Below, piece by piece: positions 38,316-51,690 of a stretch of DNA of 64,000 nt. Source of the DNA: Klebsormidium nitens (taxonomy: Eukaryota; Plantae; Klebsormidiophyceae). The stretch lies in contig DF237297.1 in NCBI GenBank assembly GCA_000708835.1, positions 16,791 to 80,790 of the forward strand, in the 5' to 3' direction. The position numbers were made by a program, and so were the translations under genes. A model generated the notes under the pieces. The model saw only the letters and a list, made by a program, of their open reading frames with translations, made no database searches and was not told the origin of the DNA. The number at the start of each line of letters is the position of its first letter. Positions within the stretch are counted from its first letter, which is position 1.

Positions 38316-38641
38316 TGAGTATCAGCTGGTACAATTCAGACTGAAACTCCCCGGAAGTAGTCAATAGTACACTCCGTCTCTTTACAAAAGTGCGCCGTGC
38401 AAGGTACATAATTCGAGTGCCCTTTCCTGTCTGAAAAGCTTGTCTTATTCCACTGCTGAGTCCATTCCCCGTCCATTCTATCAACTGCAACTAACGGTAT
38501 CATCCAAACACAAGGCTCTTGCATTGATGCTCGCTAGACATCAACACTGGTGTAACGTTTGCCGTAAGCACGGTCCGCAGAAGTACGACGTGCAGCCTCA
38601 CCAGCCCTACTTCCTCAAGTATAGTACAGTAAATGTCGACC

Positions 38642-39985
38642 CTATGACTCGTCCTCCAGATATTCCACATTCGGGAAGACTGCCTCCAGCGTGCTCTTCT
38701 CCCAGCCCCTCAGCGGCCAGAGAGGCCTCACCTGAAACTGCCGCAGCGCAGGGCAGGCCCTCGCTAGTGCTGCCCCCTTCTCTAGACTGCTGGGCTGCCA
38801 TAACTCGACCGACAGGTGGCGCACCAGGGGCAGCTGAGCCCCGCCCCACAGGAAGCGGCCTTCCCCCCCGGCATTCGGCAGCGAGTCCAGCAACCGCGCA
38901 CTGATCTCCAAGCTTTCAAGCGCCGGCGCAGACGCGAGTGCTTGCAGGAACCCCTGTAGTGAGGGTGCTCCAACTACGTCCCCATGCCCTGTGAACAGAA
39001 GCTGCAGACAGATGAGGTCTTGCTTGACAAATGACAGCTGGTGCTCAAAGTAACGCCAGCGCCACCAGTCGTGGGACTCAATTGTGAGGTGCTTGATGCT
39101 GCGGGGGGCTTGCGAGATGGCCCCGTTGAAACCGCTGAAGATGCACAGGTGTTCGAGGCGCGGCGCCTCTAGGTGTGTGGCACCCATCCCTGTCGAACTG
39201 CTGAGAAAGAGGCGGAGGCAGGCCAGGCTGGCGGCGCGCACGGTGCAACTAGAGATGGTGCAGCGCACGCCCGAGATGTCCACCTCGAACAGGGAGTTGG
39301 AGAAGATGACAGGTGCGCGAAGCTGGCTTACGCCTGATAGAACTAGAGTTTCTAGCCGGGGGAAGGCTTCCTGCAGGCGCACCAGGAACTCATCTCGCAG
39401 GTCGCGCCCGCACGCGGTGAGGGTCAGGTGGAGAAGGCTGGGGGCGGGGGGGATGGGCGGCGGGCGACTCCAAAGCGGTTCAACCATGTCCGTCCAGGGG
39501 GTGAGGGCCAGGCTGCGCGCGCTGCTGCCGTAGCCCACGTCAATGGAACAGCTCTCCAGGCAGGGCAGGCCGTCGTGCAAGAACGGCAGGAAGACAACGA
39601 GCGGGACGGGGAACTGCACCAGATGAAGCACGCGTGCATGGTCCTTGGCCGGCAGGAGCGCTGCCTTGAGGGCCTCAAAGCCTTCCGGTGTGAAGCGCCC
39701 GGCGGTGCTGCTGGTCCAAGTCCCATCGACGTCGAACCGCAATTGCAGGATTGTGGCCCCACATGGCGCATTGCGTAGAGCGGCCCCGAGCTTAGGGACC
39801 GCGTTCTGCTGGGTGCAGTCCCAATTGAGAGCGTAGCGAGCGGTGATGCGGCGCCAGTCCTTGCACACGAGAAGCAGATTGCGAAAGCTGCTCCGGGCGC
39901 TGCTGCGCAGGACCTTGCCGAGGATAAGGTCCAACAGGTTGTCTTCTAGGGAGGCTATCCAGCAAACGCTTCCGGGGGACTCCAT
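38642..39985 (-). CDS. Intronless F-box/LRR-type protein (447 aa from the ATG at 39985)
   Basis: N-terminal F-box IASLEDNLLDLILGKV…NLLLVCKDWRRI, followed by degenerate LRRs (PCLESCSID, FPRLETLVLSG, APRLEHLCI, APALESLEI, CPALRQFQV). The stop-free frame extends to 40174. Confidence 0.85.
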   Translation of the reverse strand: MESPGSVCWIASLEDNLLDLILGKVLRSSARSSFRNLLLVCKDWRRITARYALNWDCTQQNAVPKLGAALRNAPCGATILQLRFDVDGTWTSSTAGRFTPEGFEALKAALLPAKDHARVLHLVQFPVPLVVFLPFLHDGLPCLESCSIDVGYGSSARSLALTPWTDMVEPLWSRPPPIPPAPSLLHLTLTACGRDLRDEFLVRLQEAFPRLETLVLSGVSQLRAPVIFSNSLFEVDISGVRCTISSCTVRAASLACLRLFLSSSTGMGATHLEAPRLEHLCIFSGFNGAISQAPRSIKHLTIESHDWWRWRYFEHQLSFVKQDLICLQLLFTGHGDVVGAPSLQGFLQALASAPALESLEISARLLDSLPNAGGEGRFLWGGAQLPLVRHLSVELWQPSSLEKGAALARACPALRQFQVRPLWPLRGWEKSTLEAVFPNVEYLEDES

Positions 39986-40450
39986 GTTTTCACAGAGGAG
40001 GGCCGCAACATGACGGGCTAGACTCTCCTTTCCCCCGCAACTGCAAATCCTTTTCTGTTGAACGTCCTCCCTATGCTCGTCCTGCAAAATCCTCTGCCTG
40101 GCTTCTCGTCGGCAGTGGATTCTCGTTGACTGTCTTCTAAAACTCAGAAGAGAGAATGCCCACCAGCTCGTCATCCATCATCATGTGTCCATGGAGCCGG
40201 CGCACATGAGCATACCATTGAGCAATGTAGCATTGGTGAACAACCGTCGCGTTACCTAGCTTGAAGGTACCCAGAATGGTACGTACCTTCTTGCCACCTC
40301 TATGCAGTTCCGCCCTTTGATTGGTCGAACTCAGTTCCATGTTTACCATGTGCACCATGTGGACAAGTCGAGGCCCAGGGTTGCCTTAATTTGACAGGCT
40401 TTGTGCTGGTGCCAGATCACTTGCAGAAGGACTCGGGCCATGAAGCAATG

Positions 40451-41872
40451 CACGCGGAACGCCGGATCTCGGAATTGGTTTCTTGTATCCCGCATTGGCT
40501 ACAGCTATCACGTGGCTAATGATTTTCTGGGCAAACTTGAAACCGTCGATGAATTGATATTGGACCGTACAGATTGCTTGGACACTTGAAATGGTTCGCC
40601 CGTCCGAAAGGCTCCCTAAAACTGTCCCAATGGTGGACCTTCTTTTTGGCAATGCCAGCAAACGCATCAGGCGTGGCATTGCCTTGTATTACCCCTGTAC
40701 GTCCTCTCCCGTTTCCGCCTCCAGAATCCATTGCCGGTCAACATTAAAATTTCAACGACAGTCTGAAGTGAAGTTCTCAAAGTTGTAACTCAGTATCTTT
40801 AAACGAATCAGGAGCCTGAAAAGTTGCTACCAATTCCAAAAGTTCTACGATGGCCTGTACGGTTGCACCGGGTACCCTACCGGGCTCGATTATAGCCCCA
40901 GCTGTGCCCGGCGGAAGAAAGAATCTTTGGGCCACCGCGACGGGACCGCGACATCATTTTGTACCGGGCGTCGTCGTACGGCATTCATTTCCGCATCTAG
41001 AGTGGGACGAATCTCAAATAAGCGAGGGAGCTGCGCATTGCCATTTTTCGCGATTGATAAATCGCCCCCAGAACTTGTCAGCCTCTCCACCAGCATGGCT
41101 GCCGCATGAGGCAAGACAGCTTCCGGAAGGCATTGTCTTTGCTTTCATGGGGCTACATTTCTGCTCAGGGCCCTATGGGAAGCATCCTTGCAGATTTTAA
41201 TGGCCGGTTTCTGCATTCTTCGTCTCAGCAGAAGGTTGTAAAGTGTGGTGAAACTTTTCGGGAGGAAGGTGAAAGACATTTGAAGTGACAAGCTGCATTC
41301 GCGGAAACATGTTCTCAGCTCGTTCTCAGGCATAGAACAAAGGTGCAATGTGGTTTTGAATGCATCCTGAGAGGAATCAAGACTTTCGCAGACTAGAATG
41401 CCACAATGTTTGCCCTGTAGACCGGAATTTAGGCTGTCCGAAAGCTGAACATGAGCTCCCTAAGGAGAGCTCATTGATTTTTGCGTATGTGACAGGAGAC
41501 AATGCAGCTTATAAATGCTTTCTCGCAGGAAGGCATTTTCATTTGCCAAACGAGCAGAACGGATCCTGCAAACGAAAGTTGGGAGTTGGAATCCCCATGA
41601 CGAGCTGCACATTGCAGTGCTCATGCTCTCCCTCTCTACAGAGAGTACAGAGCTGCCAGCCATGGCGAGCTACTAAGCTACTCTTAGCTGGCTGAGCCGG
41701 GTTCAGCTCACAATCCGTCGATCCAAGTGTCGATGGTACCGACGGTCCAAAGTTGAAGTTGAAGTTCCACTCGATCGCGTCTGGCCGCTCGATGACAAAG
41801 TGAGCTGATCGGACGGCAGCGGGATAAAGGAACGGAAGTTCCCAGCCTTTTCAAGATCCGGCGTTCCGCGTG
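40451..41872. repeat. Degenerate inverted repeat with arms of about 140-150 bp
   Basis: CACGCGGAACGCCGGATCT at 40451-40469 is the exact reverse complement of 41854-41872. Collinear smaller blocks pair 40486-93 with 41819-26, 40560-68 with 41742-50, and 40581-88 with 41724-31. Confidence 0.65.
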
Positions 41873-41929
41873 AATGAAGGTCATACCGTAACCTGTGTCA
41901 CTACCCCGTCACTACTACAGATGCCTACA

Positions 41930-42210
41930 AGGCCTATCCTGGACTCGGAGGTCGCAGAGTCGCGGTGAAAGTCGCGGACGAAAGTCGCGGAAAGTCGCGG
42001 AAAGTCGCGCAACGTCGCGGTGCATTGCAAGCATCTAAACACAAAACTTGCTTGAAAACATGTTTAACCTAAAGCTTAGTAAGGTTTTGGTGAAAGTCGC
42101 AAAGATCGCGAAACAAAGTCGCGGAGCAGTCGCGTAAAGTCGCGAAGAATCGCAGAAAGTCGCGCAACGTCGCGGGCAACTCTGGCAACCTCCGGGTCCA
42201 GGATAGGCCT
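41930..42210. mobile_element. 281-bp MITE with 6-bp TSD and internal AAGTCGCG-type repeats
   Basis: 23-bp TIRs AGGCCTATCCTGGAC(T/C)CGGAGGT at 41930-41952 and, inverted, 42188-42210. CCTACA is duplicated at 41924-41929 and 42211-42216. About 15 same-orientation copies of (A)AGTCGCG-like units lie inside. Confidence 0.85.
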
Positions 42211-42989
42211 CCTACAGCTAGATGAACTGCAAGCAGCCTCCTATTTCTCCGCTGACAAGCCAGAGCCAGGCATCCGATATTCTAAGACGACGGATTGAAG
42301 CATGCGAGCAAACAGAATAAACTAAAGTAAACACAGTACGGTCGAAGGCATAAATTAAAACAGTAGATCACCGTTTTGAAGCCCACTGAGCAGAGGAGCA
42401 GGCTTAGATCGGTCCCCTTAGAGTCCGACCTCTTAGAGTCAAGGCCCACTGAGCTCTGCTCAAATACGTAGTGACGTATGTAGCACGTTTGCCATGTCCC
42501 TGCAGTGTTCGCATATACGAGCTCAGCTTGAGGACTCAGCCCGCTTCCTTTCTTTGGGTTGTTGCCTGCATTTGGGATCCAATTTGCTGTTTCTGATTAG
42601 TTTGCAGCCAAAGAATCTGGGGACGGAATGTTCACTGGTGAATTTGTGACGTTCTACACTGGGACTGGAGAGACCGTGACCGTAGTCGGGCCGTAGTCTA
42701 GGAGCTGTTACAGTGTGGCGGCATGCATACGGCCGGAGGAAAGAACGAAAATGCTAAGTTGGCCAGCACAAGTCAGCTGCGCTGTCGGGGCGCCCCCAAA
42801 GCTAGTTCAACGTAACTGACGTACCCAGCAAGGACTCGGACCCCTAGCCACATCCAATTTTGAACTTCGGGATGCATGCACCTTTATCTCAAGTATGGTA
42901 AGCTCTGAGCGAGCTTCTGGCAGCTAAGGCCGCAAGGTAGTATCTCATCATCTAGTTGTCGAAAAACGGAAATGCGGAAAACGGCTCTC

Positions 42990-43320
42990 CCGCACGTCAA
43001 TGATTCTATAGAGCTTGACAAGCGTACCGTACCTAGTACACTTTGCTATATGGGCTCCCGGTCCAGTACGCATGCATGAACTTGGTAGCGTATGATTCTG
43101 CAATTGGACAATTCGTGGAACGTTATCATATATCTAGACGGTGCTAGTAGGCTTAGTAGCGACTATTCACGTCGTCATATGATCATCATGCGCATCAATT
43201 GTTGCACACCGGCTATTGCATAGTGTATGGACGGACGGTGCAGGCCGGGCAAACATTGTGAAGAGCTAGTTCATTGAAGACAGTTGCGCTGCGACAAAGT
43301 CAGACCTAGCTCGAGCTAAA
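42990..43320. repeat. Palindrome-dense island 4 (downstream of the RUB 3' end)
   Basis: TAGCTCGAGCTA 43307-43318, plus CATGCATG, ATGCGCAT, CATATG, TGATCA, TCTAGA, AACGTT and CAATTG twice. Confidence 0.7.
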
Positions 43321-43870
43321 CTGCGGTCTTCATTGCCAGCACTACTGAGAAATCATGATGATGCCACGGAGATACGAATATTGAGGTCACTAGACGGGCT
43401 GCACTGATGCGCATGCATGTGAGCTAGTTCTTCTGGCACTGAACTATAGACGATATTTTCAACAGATGCATCGAGTGACCTCGCCGGGCTGTTGCATGAC
43501 AGCACTTGTGGAACGCCGGCTTTCATTCGCAATGACATCCGAAACCTCAGCATTTATATCCATCGCATGTACTTTGCCATTGGGACACCGGCAGATCATA
43601 CAAGCTCAGCGGCTGGCTCACTTTGCCTTTTGTCAGCGCCGCGCTCGCAGTCCAAGCGGATGTGGTTAAACAGCACAACGACATGCCTGACTGCCATGAC
43701 GGCTGTGGTCTGGTTTGGACTTCACCTAGATCGGGCATCAGCCAGAGCGGCGCCCATTCAGAGCACAATATCAGCTATCTAAGGTCGAGAAGCGTGTACA
43801 ACGTATGTTTAATGGTCCGCCGGGCGTAATAAGATGGCAGATAGAAACAGATCCGTCGTTGCCCAGAGGA

Positions 43871-45489
<1,619 letters not shown>

Positions 45490-46316
45490 CTATTGCAGAG
45501 CCTGGGTTACGGTAGTTTGCCGAGTCCGAGTCTGACTCTGAGCTGCCATGCAAGGACTCGCAACCCCGGTTATAGCTTGGGTTATGGCGGGACTACATGT
45601 TAACCCTGCTTCTAAACCACTCGCGCCAAAATCGTTTGAATCTGCAGAGGGCCTGCTGATCAGTGATCTTTGTGGGATTCTGAGTGAAAGCGTCTTGGAA
45701 GTTGGAGTACCGTAGTTCTGCTCTGCTTTGCACCAATATACAGACTTTAGCATGTTCAGGACGCCTTCTGCTTGCAAGGACAGAAGAGGCGCTTCAGGGG
45801 CGCTTCTGACGTTAGCAACTTTTGATTTCTGGTCCTTGAAGGCCCTAGATCATTCATTCTAGGCGGATTGCAGTGGTTTCATTGAGGATACTGTCAATGC
45901 AAACATTGCAGCAGCCTGTCATTTCTCCTGGGAGGACCCTGTTCTGAAGGGAGTGGCTGCAAAGTGCGGGCAGCGGTCTAGTGGACTTGCAGAGAAAGGG
46001 GTGATGTCTGTGCAGCTAAGAGATTGCCGCATGGTTTGCTGGCAGCCAACTCATGAGCCCAACTAGAAAGTTGTAAGAAGAAGGCAAGTGGGCCATGAGC
46101 ATTTGAGGCTCCTTAATCTGCGAAGCTGGGGCGCACTGTCGTAGAATCAGGATTGAAGCTTCAAAATTGCTAGTCATCGTACAATGTTCAAAGCAGGTGG
46201 TCGGCCAAGTGTGGCAAGATAACCCACATCAGTCTACATAGGTCAGTGTCCAGCAAACCTCTGCTTGTCCTGGTGAACTGAAGGCACATCAACCTTTTGC
46301 TCAGCGGGGGCTGAGA

Positions 46317-48221
46317 ATGCCTGCCACTTCCGCAGTGGTTGAGCGCTTGTCTGTCCCTGCGGCGCTGGAGAAGGAAACTCTCCATCACCTTCCATGTTCC
46401 ATTGGATACAATGGGCCCGCCAATGTACACAGCTTCTTCCAACCAAAAAGTACAGGTGAGCTGTTGCTTGAAACCATCCCTTTCAGGGCTCACTACAACA
46501 GCTGGAAAGGGAAGCAAATAACCATGGCTGGGCAGCATTAAGCTAATCATAAGCCACATAATGAATATAAGTGGCAGACCTGCTTACTGGCTTCGATTTG
46601 ATCACTCCATCATCTGGAGTGCCTTTACTGGTCCTGACGCAGTCATGTCTGGTGTATTCATGCCACGTTCTAAAAGTGCTTGGGAAGACCAGCAGCCCAA
46701 GAGGTAGTAAGTAGTACCTCCTTTGCTGTTGTCAACCTCCATCACTAAGTGAACCAGTCTTGTTGCAAGTTTATGAGAGTAATATGTCCAGACAAAGTTT
46801 GCGGAAGAGCAAGCTAACGTCTGTAAACCATGGTGACTTCTCATCTCAAGAATGAACGTTGTGCTGTCATCAGGGTCCACCTTTGATGGGGTGACGATTG
46901 TGGAAGCAGCCTTTCGAGGACGGAAGTTGCTTGGGGCTACTGTAGACATTCCGGCAGGTTATCAAGGTGAGTTCTTTTCTAAACCAGTGCAGGAACCAGG
47001 CTCCTGTGCCTAGAAGCCCACCAGCCCGTAGATTCAGCGCCAGGCCTTGACTCCGCTGCCCCATAGTACTGGATTCGGGGTTGCAAAAGATTTACAGTCT
47101 TCATTGAGAGTTGAGAATGGGCAATGAGGATGTCGACCGCACTCGCATGCGGTGGTGTAAAGCAGTGCGGGACATCAGGGATCACAGCCTGTTAGAGATT
47201 CAGGTCATTGTTCTTGAAAAGGAGGGCTTGAAAATCTTTGTCTGCAATCTATGTAGGACTGGTTCTGGCCAAGCGTCCACTGGACGCATCACATGAGAAG
47301 GAGGGTGAGGCCATCCAGGAATGGACGGCGGAGGCAACCTTCAGCGCTCTCAGCTACTGGAAGCATGACACCACACCAAGCTCCGCCGATGGTGTCAGGC
47401 GCTGTTTCGGGTGGTTGCAGTTGGCAGATCTGGTGAGCAGGACGGCCAAAGTATACCAGGCTGCCTGGTGCAGCCGCTTCAGACAGTTTCACCCTTGTCT
47501 TGTGGGAGGCTCTACGAGCTATTGGAGAAGGGATCTAAATGCCGAGCTGAAGGAGCAAAGCAGTAACTTCGATATGATGTAGGAGCAAAGCAGTAACTTC
47601 CAGTGCATGACTTCTTTTTTGTCGTCACCTTCTCACCTGATTGAAAACCTGAGAAGGTCTCAAATGTTTGCAAATTCAGTTGCTTGCTTGGGAAGCATAT
47701 ACTATGATATAGGCCATAGGCATCTCGATTTCTTTGTCGAAGGAAGTTCATTTTCGAGGTTCAACTCGAAAACCTCCTTTGCACCATCGCTACAGATTCA
47801 TTCACCGGTGGATGGGGCCACGCATATGCAGATGCTACAGAAGATCACTGCAAGTGAGTATTGGATCGGGACTCCCATCGCCAAAGCAATTTCGAGACAT
47901 GCTTGGAATGTCAGAAGCGACTAGTTTTGCAAGCTTCTTTAACCTCTCGTACTAAACAATGCTCTCTATGTGTTCCATCATGACGTCCTAGTTGCTGAGG
48001 AGAACACGTCTCCTGATTCGACGGAGTTTCGGCGCAACTATCGTGATCACACATTGGGCTTGTTGGATCAAGAAAGAGGACGGAATTTTTTTTTCACATT
48101 ATTCTGTAGGACTGGAATCATTTAGCCGCCCTCATAGATCTTCTACTGAAGCATCGACCGTTCGTTTCTCTTTGCAGGTGATAGCAGGCCAGGGTCGAAA
48201 CGCAAGTTGCCAGCTGCTTGA
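46317..48221 (+). CDS. RNASEH2C: Ribonuclease H2 subunit C
   Basis: In-phase exons: LHHLPCSIGYNGPANVHSFFQP (46317-46456), AAFRGRKLLGATVDIPAGYQG (~46874-46966), WTAEATFSALSYWKHDTTPSSADGVRRCFGWLQLADL (~47257-47442), IHSPVD… (~47796-47853) and SDSRPGSKRKLPAA* (48178-48221). Confidence 0.88.
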
Positions 48222-48349
48222 GATGCTGTTCTTGCACCCACTACACTCGTTCAGTGCGTCTGCATTGAACCACCGTCGTACAGATTTGGCCTCGTATGAA
48301 TAACGATTACGGGTCACATGGTCATTTATCCCCACCTCACATATCATGC

Positions 48350-48620
48350 ATTGGAAGCTTCGATCGTGCAGCCGGCGGGGCGCGCATATATGAACAACTT
48401 GACATGATATGGTCAAATCAAGCTAGTTGCGCATATAGTCTTTTGATGCACAATTAGGTTTTGCCGCTGCTCAGAGTCCGACCTGGCTCATTGATCAAGT
48501 CGTATACAATCCGATGAACGTTCCCTGCATGGCCGCCAAAATATCTTCAACCACTGCATGATCATTTAACAACACCGGTAGCTTCGTGTTACTGTATCCT
48601 CCATGCAGGCAGCGTGCGCA
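48350..48620. repeat. Palindrome-dense island 5 (between RNASEH2C and EMC8/9 3' ends; weaker)
   Basis: CGATCG 48361-48366, GCCGGC, GCGCGC, CATATATG 48385-48392, TGCGCA, TGATCA twice and GTATAC. Confidence 0.55.
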
Positions 48621-48780
48621 TGTTGAGAGCCTAGCACAATACCCTCCAGAAAGTCGCTCATTGACCAGGACAGATTGAAGATGACTGCGCAGTTCATTAC
48701 TTGGAAAAGTCCGTGGTAGAGGTATTCCTCAATTGAAGACACATTTACTGAGTGAAAATACCGAGAAGCATTCGCTCCGT

Positions 48781-50895
48781 CTATCTGAAGAAGTCGAGAT
48801 TCCTCCAGTCTCTGCACAAGACAGCGACGCAAAAACTGTCAGGCTACTGTGCAGAATGAGCATCGCTCTAGATGTGTATTTCTGAAATGGTCACTTCAGT
48901 AGTCTCTTTTCTGTGCCGGAAGGTCCAGAAAGAAAATACCCAGCAATCTCGAAGTCGAAGTCGAAGTCAAAGTCAAAGTCAAGTAAAGCAGCGCGACTCC
49001 AAGTCTTCAAAAACGATGGTACGCTAAGTACCTCGGAGGGTCGAAAAACGTTTCAAGACTCCTTTAAGAAGTTATTTCAGATCCTTCAAAGTTGAGAGAC
49101 GGAAAGAGTTCTCACTTATAGAGTTGATGACTTCAAATTTGGCCGTCCTCAAACAACAAAGCACTTCAACCGAACACCGCTTTCAAAACTTTCAAAACTC
49201 CAAAATAGAAGGTGACGGGTGACAGCGCAGCTTACTTGGAAACATCGTCAAGGTGGTCGTCGAAGTCTGTGAGACTCCGGTACTTCTTTCCCGCCACGTG
49301 GTCGACCAGTACACTTCCCGCCGAAGCATCCCGCAAGCTCAGGCGAGTGTTCCGCTGCCAACTTGATCGAGCGGTGGTGGTAAAAAGCTGCATGAGGGAG
49401 GCAAGGACAACTGGGTGCCACAAACCACGAACCGAGGACATGGTCGTTTGATACATACGACTGACCGTGGTTGGGTCAGACTTCGTGGCCGACATGAGGA
49501 AGCATCTGGGCATGTTGCTAAACTCGCTGGTATGTTTCGATAATGCAGAGGTTACATTGAATGCAACGATCCGGGAAAAAATCTAGTCTCACCTGCAGAG
49601 TAGCTGTTGATTCCTTCCGCAGGTTCTGTAGCTTCGTGTTGTCAATCTGCATACAAGAAGGTTGCTCAATAGAGTGTTTACTACCCGGGAAGACACACCA
49701 GGCCGAAAATCAACAAGTTGCTAGGTCCATGAAGTCAAGGACAGACAGAAGACGAAGACTTGGGTGAAGTGCTTGTGATCCGTAACACCTGCAGTCAGGC
49801 TTGCATCTTGCTGGCATGCCTTGGAGCATGAATCAGGCAGGTCTCGCAAATCAAGCTGCGACAGAATCTGTCATCCCAATTCAAGGAGACTTTGCATGAC
49901 TAGTTTGATAGGGGCCGCCAGGTTACTGATGGGCGCGTGTTATTTACTTGGCAACTTGAGCTGACACTCAGGCAGAAGTCTCACCAGAATCACCGCTGCC
50001 TGCGGGACATATTGAGCAATCTTGTCAGCAATCTTCTTGGCAGCGGAGCCCAGATCTGCATCGTTGTACCGTTCATTTGCATGGTAGTACCCTACGATCG
50101 AGAGGCCGCCGGCCTGAGACGAGTAATATTCATCAACCTGCATCAAATCAGAATCACTCATCAGTGCTTGCTGAGATGTTTGTTAGGCTGTCAGGAACGA
50201 TCGCAGATATGTGCTGACAGACCTTCGGACCCATTTCATTAAGAATAAGGGGTCCAATTCACCTACTTCTACAACACGTTCTCCTGGACAGGCAAGTTCA
50301 GACTTAGCATTTGTTTCCGGCAAGAAAAGGGATGGAGAGACAATGAGATTGTCAGCCTCAATCAAGCCTCAGCATTTGAGAACCCATCACTGAAACGCCG
50401 GTGCTTGAGAGCAAAGAAAGGTGGATCAACAGCAAGAAGGAAAGTTAAGGAACATGAACTATTAGAACCACTTGGCAACAAAATAACTCTTGTATCTAAT
50501 CTCTTGCTGAAACAGAGGGGCGGTCCGTAAAATGTTCTTCAGGCAGCACAAGGGTGGCTGGCTAGGTACCAGTCCAACCGCAATGACGATTGTTGTTGAG
50601 ATGCAGACGATGACAGGGACTGCAAAAGCTTCGGGCAAATTACCTGAGCCAAAGCAACTTCCAGCATGGGCGCCAGCTCTAGATGACTGTGAAAGAGCGG
50701 CACCGCATCGTGGATGTCGACCGCCCCTCCCGCAGCGACAATTGCCTGTGCTCCAGCGTCGTCATTCTGAGGAGACGCGCTGGACACCTTTCCAATCAGC
50801 AGCCCATTGACAGCAGCAGCTGGATGCTTGATAGCGTGCAGGATCAGTTTTATGTATGCTGCCTGATGCAGGCTGTACTTATAGCCACCCGACAT
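48781..50895 (-). CDS. EMC8/9: ER membrane protein complex subunit 8/9 homologue
   Basis: YSLHQAAYIKLILHAIKHPAAAVNGLLIG…DAVPLFHS; IVGYYHANERYND; IDNTKLQNL; LTDFDDHLDDVSK|DWRNLDFFR*, with the last exon at ~48781-48811. Confidence 0.93.
48949..48984 (+). repeat. Imperfect hexamer microsatellite (AAGTCG/AAGTCA)n in the last EMC8/9 intron
   Basis: TCGAAGTCGAAGTCGAAGTCAAAGTCAAAGTCAAGT. Confidence 0.8.
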
Positions 50896-50976
50896 CCGGC
50901 CCCCAGGTCCGGAAGGAAAGCAGAATTGCGTTCTCCTCTTCCGTTTTAATCTGCTGAGTACCCGGCTTTTCAAGAG

Positions 50977-51690
50977 CTATGTGGGACCGGTGGGTGGTGC
51001 AGCCACCAATTGAATAAGCGGAGAATGCAGTGCTGCCTTCAGATCTTCTGCATTGAACAAATCAATTCCGCAAAAGTGGTCTAGCAAGAATCCACCCCGT
51101 CCCTCCAAAGTAGCCCTGTCGTGTGTATGTTCATCCGCGTGTGTTCCTTTGCTAACCTTCGGGCGCTTTTGGCAGTTTTGCTGAGCGCCTGCCAAATGTT
51201 CTCCTGGAAACTCGTCTCTGAAGCTGCTCTGCCATTGCAAACGTAGCCGCCCTGACCGGAACCTTCTGCAGACCGGAACCCACCGGAACCCACTACATAC
51301 AAGGCTAAGCTCAAGCGGAATCCGCCGGTGCCCTTCCGAGATTCCGCTAGCTGCTTGCCGGCCCTGAGGCTGTGGATTCCGTGCGGCACTCAGAACTCTC
51401 TCAACTTCTTGATCGAGCTCTAGAGTGCGGTAGGCGGGCAGCAGAGGCCGCCATGGATCACAAATGAGAAGCAGCTGATGTTTGCAATCGCAGCAGGCTG
51501 CGGATCCAGCTATGTCTGCTTTGCAGCGAGTACCGCACAAGTCTGCGGTCGCCCCTTTCCCCATTGACCTTCTGACGGCAGGCGTGGGCTGGCAGGGCTC
51601 TGATAATCTGTTTCTGGCACTCGGGAAAGTTCGCAATACGCCGCAGTGGGAGCACAAGGCAAGGGTTAGGAAGCTTCTGTACCGCTGCAT
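50977..51690 (-). CDS. Hypothetical Cys-rich ORF (237 aa from the first ATG; stop-free frame of 319 codons to 51936)
   Basis: Long uninterrupted frame with CSHC, CGTRC and CCDC motifs. No family recognised. It ends 82 bp before the EMC8/9 ATG. Confidence 0.3.
   Translation of the reverse strand: MQRYRSFLTLALCSHCGVLRTFPSARNRLSEPCQPTPAVRRSMGKGATADLCGTRCKADIAGSAACCDCKHQLLLICDPWRPLLPAYRTLELDQEVERVLSAARNPQPQGRQAASGISEGHRRIPLELSLVCSGFRWVPVCRRFRSGRLRLQWQSSFRDEFPGEHLAGAQQNCQKRPKVSKGTHADEHTHDRATLEGRGGFLLDHFCGIDLFNAEDLKAALHSPLIQLVAAPPTGPT

Noticed and set aside
41960-42180. AAGTCGCG arrays as a CRISPR array or telomeric repeat
   Set aside because: Units are about 8-10 bp with no unique spacers, enclosed by TIRs and a TSD; eukaryotic context with no cas genes, and not a telomere motif.
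43356-43410. Possible C/D-box snoRNA (ATGATGA…CTGA)
   Set aside because: Too short, with no terminal stem and no identifiable rRNA guide.
46188-46949. Minus-strand ORFs first suspected to be a decayed transposase
   Set aside because: The plus strand here encodes RNASEH2C exons; the minus ORFs are antisense or intronic noise.
47551-47600. 20-bp direct repeat AGGAGCAAAGCAGTAACTTC with a 10-bp spacer in an RNASEH2C intron (similar small duplications at 12605-12636 and 23210-23243)
   Set aside because: Ordinary local slippage duplications with no TIR, TSD or functional signature.
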